Source of the DNA: Octopus sinensis
Lineage: Eukaryota
DNA length: 26,744 nt
Assembly: GCF_006345805.1 (NCBI RefSeq)
Contig: NW_021834126.1
Location: 1-26,744 of the forward strand
Direction: 5' to 3'
The stretch's first letter is position 1; every line of letters begins with the position of its first letter. The notes under the pieces were generated by a model that was given only the letters and a program-made list of their open reading frames with translations, did no database searches and was not told the origin of the DNA. Made by a program: the position numbers and the translations under genes. Shown here piece after piece: positions 11,221-20,757 of this stretch.

Positions 11221-11830
11221 ATGATGACGATTATGACGTTTATAACCATGATAATGATGATGATGATGATGGTGGTGATGATGATGGTGATGATGATGAC
11301 GACGACGATAATGACGATGATGATGATGTTGATAATGACGATTATGACGATTGTAACTATGATAATGATGATGATGATGGTGGTTATGATGGTGATGGTG
11401 ATGATGATGATGACGACGACGACGATGATGATGATGATGATGACGACGACGACGACGACGACGATGATGATGATGATGATGACAACGACGATGATGATGA
11501 TGATGATGATGATGATAATTACGACGACAACGACGACGATGATGATGATGATGATGATGACAACGACGATGATGATGATGATGATGATGATGATAATGAC
11601 GATGGTGATGATGATGACGACGATGATGTTCATGATAATGATGTTCATGATGATGAACAGGAGGAGGAGGAGGACAGCTGTTGCTTCTATCGTTGTAGGT
11701 GTTATTGTTTTTGTTGCTGTTGTTGTCGTTGTTGCTGCTCCTACTTTATCAATGTTTATTGTTTTTTCTCCCCCCCCCCCCATCTACCGGCAAGTGTTAA
11801 TATTGTTATCAGCGCTGCTGTAGTTGTTTA
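11221..11830 (+). repeat. (GAT/GAC)n trinucleotide array grading into (GAG)n and (GTT/GCT)n
   Basis: About 430 bp of GAT/GAC/AAT triplets. This array is the source of the poly-Asp, poly-Met/Thr and poly-Ile ORFs. Confidence 0.95.
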
Positions 11831-11999
11831 GCCATTTTAGTTAGTCACAGACCTACCACCTTTCCCACCGTGACCATCACGTAATTTCCCTAGCGATCTA
11901 AGACCCTACCTTATCCATTACACCACATGCCTTCTAATACGCTGTTCTCTGGTTTGAGAAAGATATGGCTGCTCTTTCTAGCACATTGTGTGACCACTC

Positions 12000-12850
12000 T
12001 CAATTCCCCAACTTCTCATTTTTATTCCTCCTCCTACTCTCTGACTCTTCCTTTTAGCTTTCATCTCAACCCTTCTCTCTCTCTATCTCTTTCTCTCGCT
12101 CTGCTTGTCTGTCTCTATCTTCCTCTCTTTCAGCATCTACTTCCTCCCCTTCTCTTTATCCATCTGTTTATCTTTCGCTTTTTCTTGCTCCTCTCTCATC
12201 CACTATCTCCGCCCACCCCTCTCTGTCTGTCTCTCTCTCTTACTCCCTCTATATATTTCTCAACATCTCTCTCCGCCTTCCTCTCACATTCTCTCTCCTC
12301 TTCTCCCTCCCTCTCCCTCCCTCTCTGTTTCTCTCTCTCTATCTATCGATTCTTTTATACCCTTTTATCATTCTGATTACCCCCCCAATACCCTCTTCCC
12401 TCTCACTATCCCTGCTACTTTCACAATCTCCTCCCCCCTCTCTCTCTCTCTGTGCCTCTCCCCCTCACTCTCTTCCAATATCAACAATCTCCTCCCATTC
12501 TCCCTCCCCCTCTCTATAAATATACTTCGATATTTCCTAAATATCTCCGCCCCCATAGATTTTCGCACACCTAATTCCTACCTGTCAGCTTATTCTCCTC
12601 CACCTCCTCCTCTTCCAATCCCTCCTCCTCTCTCCTAAATCTCCCTCCCTCTCTACCTCCTCTTTCTCTCATTGTTTTTCTATTAACAACCTTATTTGTC
12701 TTCCTCTCTCTCTCTCTCTCTCTCTCTCTCATCGCAGTTTCTTGGTATCTTCCTGGTCTTTTTGTTATCTAAATCGTCTCTTTTCATCTTTGTTTCTTTC
12801 GCATTCTTTCCACGGCTATTTTTCTCCTACCCCTTCTCCCCTCTTCTCTG
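12000..12850 (+). repeat. Polypyrimidine (CT-rich) tract
   Basis: Plus strand is dominated by CT/CCT/CTT runs for about 850 bp. Confidence 0.9.
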
Positions 12851-12859
12851 TGTGCACGT

Positions 12860-13023
12860 ATACGTGGATATGCAGAAATATATATATATATGTGTGTGTG
12901 TGTTTGTGTGTGTGTATGTAAATACGTATGTATATGTGTATATATTTGAGAATATATATATAGACAAATATGTATGTATATGTATATATATACATATATA
13001 TATGTATATATATATATATGTAT

Positions 13024-13080
<57 letters not shown>

Positions 13081-13300
13081 TGGCGGTGCCCCAGCATGGC
13101 CACAGCACGTGAGCTGAAACTAGATAAAATAAAAAATAAAATAAATATACATATATATGTATGTGTATATATATATATACACAAATATGTATGCATATAC
13201 ATATGTATATGTTTGTGTATATATTTATATATATGTATGTATATCTGTATTATGTAAATATGTATGTGTATATGCTTGTGTGTATATGTATATATATACT

Positions 13301-13337
<37 letters not shown>

Positions 13338-13506
13338 ATATGTATGGTGCATGTATATGTGTGTGTGTGTGTGTGTGTGTATGTGGAATGGAGATGGGGT
13401 GGGGTCTGTGCATGTGTATCGGAAGCATTCCTTGTTGTCTTAAGTATCACTTAAATTCATTTTGCCGCCTCTTCAACTTTCACTCTCTCCCTCGCTCATT
13501 CTCTTA

Positions 13507-13539
<33 letters not shown>

Positions 13540-14233
13540 GCATACACTCTCTCTTTATCACTCTCTCTCTATCACTCTCTCTCTCCCTATCTCTATCTCT
13601 ATCCCTATCTCTCCCATAAGACACACGCACACACACATACACATATATGCACTCCGTTTCACGCACCTGCCGTTCTCTTCCATCATATTATCTTTCTGTC
13701 ACTCATTCTCTCGCTCGTTCTTTCCTCTCATTCAATCTCTCTCTCTCTGTTTCTCTCTCTCTCTATCTCTCTCTCTCTCTCTCTCTGGCACACACACACA
13801 AACAAACACATACACACGCATACGTACACAAACATTTATTCAACTTATTTTGTTCACACACCACTTATATACGCAATCTTAACCCGGACACATTCTCACA
13901 CTAACTATGCTCACACACACCCACAAACAAACTTTCCCACATACTCTTAAAAATACACACACGCACACTCATACACACACGCACGCATATACACACACAC
14001 TCATTGCTCATTCATCGACAATGTTCATTCACATTCAACCGCAACCTTGACACGCACATACAAGCTAATACGATCTTTACACATACACACACGCTGTCTT
14101 CAGTCACACACACACACACCACACACACACACACACACACATAGATACAATCTTCACACATACAAATTTCACACAAACATCTATAGATTTCACCTGTACT
14201 CATACAAAAAGAAAATTTACTTCTACTTACACG

Positions 14234-14268
<35 letters not shown>

Positions 14269-14820
14269 GTAGATACGCACACATACACATACACAAAAAA
14301 GCAAAATTTTATACAACGATGCACGCAATCTACGCACCATGCAAAATTTATAGCCCTCACACACACACACGCCAGCCCACACATACACATCCTCATAAAA
14401 GAGCACACATACACACATGCAATCATAAAAGAGTACATACACAGCCACAAAAAAGTTCACACACATACTTACAAAAAGTACAGACACACTCACAAAAGCA
14501 CACACATACACACACACAGTCACAAAAGAGTGCACGCACATACTTACAAAAAAGTACATACACACACAAAAGAACACACACGCACATTCATAAAAGCACA
14601 CACATACACACACACAGTCACAAAACAGTGCACGCACATACTTACAAAAAAGTACATACACACACAAAAGAACACACACGCACATTCATAAAAGCACACA
14701 CACACAGAGGTATAAGGTTTTTTCACCTGCTCGTCTCACGCTCACTGTTTTTCTCGTATAAACACACACATCCTCACACACATAAGCACACACATACACA
14801 CACCCACACGTTCACACAGA
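12860..14820. repeat. (TA)n/(TG)n/(CT)n/(CA)n microsatellite field, with a CA-derived minisatellite at about 14390-14710
   Basis: Direct reading; includes a 98-bp tandem duplication starting at 14521 and 14619. Confidence 0.9.
13081..13140 (+). mobile_element. Short SINE 3'-tail fragment
   Basis: GGCGGTGCCCCAGCATGGCCACAG...CTGAAACTAGATAAAATAAAA matches the 3' end of the CORE-type SINE family (cf. 17860-17920). Confidence 0.65.
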
Positions 14821-14869
14821 CATACAAAAACAAGCATAGATGCAAAGAGACGCAGATGTAGATGTAGAG

Positions 14870-15002
14870 GCTCTGATGAAGGCTGGAGGGTATATCAGCC
14901 GAAACGTTGTGTTAACAACAAACAAGATGAGGACAAATATCCGTCTAATGTAAATAATGTAAATAATGTACATAATTCCTCATCTCTTCAATTTAGAACT
15001 GT
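14870..15002 (+). mobile_element. Probable Penelope-like element pseudo-LTR remnant carrying the hammerhead core
   Basis: Hammerhead core followed by about 100 nt ending GAACTGT. Minimal type I hammerheads are an established feature of Penelope-like pLTRs; the assignment of this copy is inferred. Confidence 0.45.
14873..14913 (+). ncRNA. Minimal type I hammerhead ribozyme core (stem I apparently lost in this copy)
   Basis: CTGATGA (14873-14879), extra A, stem II GGCTG/CAGCC (14881-85/14896-900), GAAAC (14901-05), with palindromic ACGT then T. Upstream GAGGCT does not pair with any candidate 3' strand. Confidence 0.6.
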
Positions 15003-15248
15003 ATTATAACAGCCTATAGCCCAGAACAGGTTTTGCCAACCAGAGAAGCTCTGCCTTCTTCAGTTGAATATACCAGCAAAGTCAGAAATCTAGGATCTTG
15101 AATTATCCAGTAAAATCTTTTTTGCTAGTTTATTTTGTCTCTCTGTCTTCTCTACTGGCGCGATATGAACATTTAAGGTGGTTTTAGGGTCAGGGTTTTG
15201 ACTGCTATTTCAACATGGTGGTATCTCTCAGATACCCTAATTTATATA

Positions 15249-15286
<38 letters not shown>

Positions 15287-15320
15287 AATACTAAATGGAG
15301 CAAGAAAGAAAAACATCCGG

Positions 15321-15900
15321 ACAGTTCGATTATATTAAATGAGACAACAAAATATCCAGTTAGACGACACAAAGAAAACAAGGACGGGTTATTCGAAGCT
15401 TTCTTTCCTCAGTCGAGTACCAGATTATCTAAGCAATTTCGGCTGATTATACTCGAGATTGCTCCAATCTGGCCAGCCCCAAGGAAAAACCAAGCTAAGA
15501 GCATTAGATTCCTTGGAAGAAAGCAGCTAAAGTATACAAAACAAGGACGGAAATAAAAACGTACAATGTTACAAAAATACAATAAAAATAATGACAGGAC
15601 ATAAACAACAAGTGTCTTTCGAGTAAGGATGAATTGAATTAAGCTGGCGTGTGTGGAAATGAAGCATTACGGCAGAGATACAAGATTCACAGGCACAGGG
15701 AGGAATATCGATGTTGTACGGACAACGGCCAGACTAAGAAAAAAAGATCAGGCTTGGCCGAAAGACGGTCACGTGGGAAGAAAAAAGAAGGAGGCAGAGG
15801 CAGAGGGACAGAAGAAGGGGCGAGAAAAACTGACAGGGACGCAGTGAATGAAAAGTGGAGGGAAAGTGAGCAAGAAGAGAAGGCAACGCAAGAGTTTGCA
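15321..15900 (-). mobile_element. Unclassified interspersed-repeat-like segment, possibly related to the 14870 element
   Basis: Minus strand has GGCTG...TATAATCAGCCGAAA (15478-15437) and ends GAACTGT at 15321, the same motif and terminus as the 14870 element. The right boundary is uncertain. Confidence 0.35.
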
Positions 15901-15974
15901 CATAGTTTCCATTTCTTAAATTCATTCACAGGGCACTAATAGGCCTGAGAAACTTGCTCAAGATGCAAGTGGAA

Positions 15975-16032
15975 GTGTTTCCGCAAATATGCGGTTGCCA
16001 GGAGAACCTCTTAACCACACAACCATCCCTGC
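15975..16032 (-). mobile_element. Degenerate SINE head fragment
   Basis: Minus strand GCAGGGATGGTTGTGTGGTTAAGAGGTT resembles the GCAGGAGTGGCTGTGTGGTAAG head of the CORE-type family. Confidence 0.5.
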
Positions 16033-16268
16033 AAGCGAAATCGTATAATAGGAAACTATGCGGATGCTCTCCAGATGGTCTTTAGTTGTGATGTAAAGGT
16101 TGGTGGAATTTATCAGAATTGCAAGCATCTGTTTCTGTCACTTCACTGCCAGTTCTTTTGGTCCTGCTAAACAATGATTGTTAGGGTCTTGCCGCTCAGT
16201 TGTGTCAGTACTAATGTCTCTTTCCTGTCTTTTCTTTTTTACATCTCTTACTTGTTTCAACCATTAGA

Positions 16269-17172
16269 CTTCCACATCTGCAAAATGTTTTCCTTTAGAG
16301 ACTTTTCATTCGGAGGAACAGGAAAAAAAAGTCGCACGGGAACAAGATGGGGCGGAAAGGGAGGGGGGTAAGCGGGATCAAAAGCTGTCTCACACTCAAG
16401 GCCGTCTGCGCCGACGCGTTGTCATGATGAAACCACCGCCCTACACTTTGTCACAGGTCGGGGTGTCTTCGTTTCACTGCACCTCGCAAAAGCTTCAGAA
16501 CAGCCAAGTAAAATGTCTGGTTTGACCAGGAGGAACAAATTCTGTGCGGACAATTCCTTTCGCATCAATGAAACAAATTTCATCATCTTGATACTGGACT
16601 TTACATGGCGCGCTTTTTTCGAGGGCATAGTGATATCGAATGCTTCCATTGACTTGATTGCTGCTTCATTTCCGGGACGTAGCCATAGCACCAGCTTTTG
16701 TCACCAGTGATGACCTTCGATAAATGATCTGGATCAACATCTAACTGCTCTTTCAGTCCACGACACGCATTCAATTGTGACTGCCTTTGATCTTCCATGA
16801 GCAAGCTAGGCACAAATTTTGTTGCAATTCTTTTCATTCGCAATTCCTCGCCCAAAATTCGTTGGCAAGGGCTCCGGGACACACCAGTCATATCAACAAT
16901 TTCGCCAGTTGTTCGGTGACGGTCCTCCAAGATCAGTTCGTGAATTTTCCTGATGTTTTCATTCGTTCGGGAGGTCGACGGTCACCCTGAACATAGTTGG
17001 TCTTCAAGCGACAAGTGAACCTTCCTAAAGCGTGAGAACAAATCTTAAACTTGTCTTTTGCTCATGGCAACGTCCTTGTAAGCGGTTTGATGCATGACAA
17101 CAGTTTCGGCTCCGTTTTCGCCGGCAGAAAACAGAATTTCACGGAAGTGCGTTGTTCTTTCGTTTCAGCCAT
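16269..17172 (-). pseudogene. Mariner transposase pseudogene (HTH plus DD34D-type domain), frameshifted
   Basis: ATG at 17172: MAETKEQRTSVKFCF...; then RILGEELRMKRIATKFVPSLL, VITGDKSWCYGY (D at 16700-02), FHHDNA (D at 16421-23), PHLVP-CDFFLF (D at 16331-33, cf. YSPDLAPCD) and KGKHFADVE. Several stops and frameshifts. Confidence 0.92.
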
Positions 17173-17374
17173 TGCAAAAATCGACGAAGAGAGGAGAATC
17201 ACTGCAAAACAAAGATGCACCATCTGGCAACAAGACTACACTTAACGACGCCGGTCGGCAGGTTGGTGCCTGAGGGCAGACTGATCCCTGAGGCTTCTAG
17301 CGACAGAAACCTGAACTACAACGGGCTTGTATCGCAGAGAACGTTTCCGGTTACTTTCGGGTACTTCCTTGGTA
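16269..17374 (-). mobile_element. Mariner-family DNA transposon, 3'-truncated, with one TIR and a TA at 17373-17374
   Basis: Minus strand starts TA-CCAAGGAAGTACCCGAAAGTAACCGGAAA (TIR-like, 17372-17344), followed by the transposase remnant. The other end is replaced at about 16268 by a SINE-tail-like sequence (GGTTGAAACAAGTAAGAG on minus). Confidence 0.85.
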
Positions 17375-17410
17375 AATTCGTAAAAGCAAATATGTTACCA
17401 AATACAATAA

Positions 17411-17411
17411 A

Positions 17412-17461
<50 letters not shown>
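17411..17461 (+). repeat. (TAC)n trinucleotide microsatellite
   Basis: Perfect ACT/TAC run read directly. Confidence 0.95.
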
Positions 17462-17486
17462 TCGCTGAATTACATTAAAAAACAGT

Positions 17487-17677
17487 AGCGCATGAGTGGC
17501 TGTGTGGTAAGTAGCTTGCTCACGAACCACATGGTTCCGGGTTCAGTCCTACTGCGTGGCACCTTGGGCAAGTGTCTTCTACTAGAGTCTCGGCCGACCA
17601 ATGCCTTGTGAGTGGATTTGGTAGACGGAACCTGAAAGAATCCCGTCGTATACATATATATGTGTGTATGTGTATGG

Positions 17678-17720
<43 letters not shown>

Positions 17721-17920
17721 TATGTTTGTGTGTCTGTGTTTGTCCCTCAACATCTCTTGACAACCAAAGCTGGTGTGTTTTGTTTACGGCAAGAGAGACG
17801 GATAGAACGAGTACTAGGCTTACAAAGAATAAGTCCTGGGGGCGATTTGCTCGACTAAAGGCGGCGCTGCAGCATGGCCGCAGTCAAATGACTGAAACAA
17901 ATAAAAGAATAAAAGAATAA
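17487..17920 (+). mobile_element. Full-length tRNA/CORE-type SINE with an internal (TG)n tract
   Basis: GCGCATGAGTGGCTGTGTGGTAAGTAGCTTG...GGCACCTTGGGCAAGTGTCTTCTAC...CAGCATGGCCGCAGTCAAATGACTGAAACAAATAAAAGAATAAAAGAAT. Confidence 0.92.
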
Positions 17921-17959
17921 ACAATAACAATAATATCTATCAACAATAATTATAATCGT

Positions 17960-20253
17960 TTCTGTGCTATTATAGGCAGAAGGACTGAAATTTAGAGGGC
18001 GGAGTGGAGTCGAGACTTCGAAGGGATGAAAAGCCAAGTCGACGGAACGTAACGGCAAACGAAATACGGCCACGCATTTCGCCCGGCGTGCTAACGCTTC
18101 TGCCAGCAACAACAAGACAACGATTAATAACACAAATATTTCTAAAGTAGGGACAAAAAGGCGAGATAATTTTAGGGAGGGAAAGGGTTCATTCGATACA
18201 ATAGTCACTGTTATTTGAATGGTATTGAATTTAATCGACCGCGGGGTGAATAAAAGACAAGGTTATCCTGGGCGGGATTTGAACTCAGAACGTAAAATAT
18301 GACGGTAAAAGCAACAGCAAAAAGAAGTAATATTCTTTTCTACTCTAGGCACAATGTCCGATATTTTGGGGGACAGGGGGGGGGGAAGTCGATTAGAGCA
18401 AGTCCAGTGAGCAACTGGTACTTAATTTATCGACCCTGAAAGGATGAAAGGCAAAGCTGACCTCGACGGAGTTTGAACTCAGAACGTAAAGAAGAAGAAA
18501 TATTATACAACCGCGACAGCAGTGATAAATGGCAGCAGCAACAGAAGGCGCAATGGCCCAGTGGTTAGGGTAGCAGACTCGTGGTTTCGATTCCTAGACC
18601 GGGCGTTGTGTGTGTTTATTGAGCGAAAACACCTAAAGCTCCACGTGAATCCGGCAGGGGTGTGTGGCGACACCTGTTGTACTCTTTCGCCCCAACTTAC
18701 TCTCACTCTTTCTTCCTGTTTTTTGTCCCCGACTTCCTACGCTACCGCTGAGCCTGGAGGCGCATTCATCCATCCGTCGATGCTCTCGGTGTCGGGGGTT
18801 GACCTGCTTTCTCTTCTGCGGGTCTTACGAATAGCAAAGGACAACGTTTCGGACTTCTCCCACTACAGAAGACCGCTTCGCTCAACAAACAAATAAACAA
18901 ACAAGCAGCAGCAACAATACCAATGGTAATGGTTGTAGTGATAGTAGTAGTATTGGTTGTAAACGATAATAGTAGCTGTACACTATGAAGTACAACAACA
19001 TGAGTACTGCATGGGGGCTGATGGAAAAGTCACCAACAACAACAACGACTGCAACAGTAATCTTTTCTACTCTAGGCACAAGGCCCGAAATTTTTTGGGA
19101 GCGGGGTCAGTCGTCAGTCGTTTAGATCAGCCTCAGTACGCAACTGGTACTTAATTTATCGATCCCGAAAGGATGAAAAGCAAAGTCGACCTCGGTGGAA
19201 TTTGAACTCAGAACGTAAAGACGGACGAAATGCCGCTAAGCATTCTGCTAGCTGGTCACCTTTACTATTCCATATATCTTTTCTACCCTAGGCACAACGC
19301 CCGAAATTTTGGGGGAGAGGGCAAGTCGATTAGATCGACCCCAGTACGCAAGTGATACTTAATTTATCGACCCCGAAAGGATGGAAAGTATGGTCGAACT
19401 CGGAGGAATTTGAACTCAGAACGTACGACTGTAACAAAAATAAAATAAGATAGAAGCAGTTGTGGGCGACTACAACGGTAACAACAACAATAATAAAAAC
19501 AACAACAACAGGGATAACGATCATAAGAACAATAATAACCCTTTATGCACAAGGGGGGTACTAGTCGATTACATTGACCCTAGTATATCACTGGCACTCA
19601 ATTTATCGACCCTGAAAGGATGAAAGGCGAAGTCGACCTCGGTGGAATTTGAGCTCAGAACGTAGCGGCAGACGAAATACCGCTAAGCATTTCGCCCCGG
19701 CGTGCAAACGATTCTTATTTCTTTATTGCCCACAAGGGGCTAAATATAGAGGAGACGAACAAGGATAGACAAAGGGATTTAGTCAATTACATCGACCCCA
19801 GTGCGTAACTGGTAATGATTTTGCCAGCTCGCCGCCTTAAGAAACACAATAATAATAATCCGTTCTACTAAAGGCACATGGTCTGAAATTTGTGGGAAGG
19901 GGTCTGGTCGATTACATCGACCCCAATGTTTCACTGGTACTTGATTTTTGGACCCCGAAAGGTAAAAAGGCAAAGTCGACTTCGGCGGAATTTGAACTCA
20001 GAACGCAGCGACAGACGAAATACCTATTTCTTTACTGCCCACAAGGGGCTAAACATAGTGGACAAACAGGGACAGGCAAAGGGATTAAGTCGATTATATC
20101 GACCCCAGTGCCTAACTACTACTTGATTTACCGACGCCGAAAAGATGAAAGGCAAAGTCGACTTCGGCGGAATTTGAACTCAGAACGTAGCGGCAGACGA
20201 AATACCGCTAAGTATTTCGCCCCGGCGCGCTAACGATTCTGCCAGCTCGCCGC
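17960..20253 (-). mobile_element. Cluster of about 9 copies or fragments of a second SINE family, all on minus, separated by (CAA/TAA/CAG)n
   Basis: Copies at about 17960-18107, 18140-18298, 18332-18490, 19060-19260, 19276-19428, 19545-19836, 19716-19813 (nested), 19858-20024 and 20025-20253. Most share GGAATTTGAACTCAGAACG and ATCGACCCCGAAAGGATGAAAGGCAAAGTCGAC; the intact head (minus) is GCGGCGAGCTGGCAGAATCGTTAGC. Confidence 0.9.
18547..18883 (+). mobile_element. tRNA-derived SINE, head H1 plus a third tail type (T5)
   Basis: GGCGCAATGGCCCAGTGGTTAGGG...GTTTCGATTCC...TTATTGAGCGAAAACACCTAAAGCTCCACG matches 5436 up to about 18720; the sequence afterwards (GAGCCTGGAGGCGCATTCATCC...) is unrelated to T1 or T2. 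Confidence 0.8.
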
Positions 20254-20259
20254 TAGAAC

Positions 20260-20725
20260 CAACGATGACATCGGAGCCTGCGTCACTGCAACAAATAAAC
20301 AACAATGACAGCAACAACGACATCAACTATAATAACAAGAAGAAGAACCGTGTCCTCTGGCTGCAACTATAAGAAAAACAAGAAGCAGTGATTAGCAGCG
20401 GTTTTCGTTGCTGTTGTTGTTGTTGCTTAACAAACACTAAGTTGAAGCTGACCTGAGCGAGGAAACGAAACCGGCATCGAAGCTGCTCCAGACTGGACAG
20501 GTTTGTCGCTCTTGTGAAGAAACCTTTCACTTTGAAACTCTCTGTCTGTCTGTTTCTCTCTCTGTTTATAACGTGCGTGTGTGATTTGAGGGACATTGGT
20601 TGTTATTTCTAGCATATTACAGCGACAGGCAAAGGCACACGTACGTGCATTTCTCGCCCTCGTTTGTAATCGACGTAGAGTGGCGGAGGCGGCGGCGGCG
20701 GCACCTCTGCTAATCTTACAAAAAC

Positions 20726-20757
<32 letters not shown>

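Noticed and set aside
11175-11831. 218-aa poly-Asp ORF suggestive of an acidic biomineralisation protein
   Set aside because: Three frames are open simply because of (GAT)n. The start is a TTG spanning a transposon/SINE-head junction, and there is no signal peptide, splice evidence or non-repeat domain.
15029-15063. Minus-strand CTGAAGA-A-GG-CAGAG/CTCTG hairpin followed by AAAAC
   Set aside because: It lacks GAAA and has no stem I pairing.
18838-18870. Minus-strand CTGTAGT-GGGAGAAGTCC-GAAACGTTGTC in SINE tail T5, sharing CGAAACGTTGT with the 14.9-kb core
   Set aside because: The core deviates from CUGANGA at two positions and stem I cannot be formed. A family consensus would be needed to revisit it.
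17960-20253. Regularly recurring conserved blocks resembling a CRISPR or cassette array
   Set aside because: The units are 100-290-bp diverged SINE copies with microsatellite spacers in a eukaryotic context, with no constant short repeat, unique spacers or cas genes.
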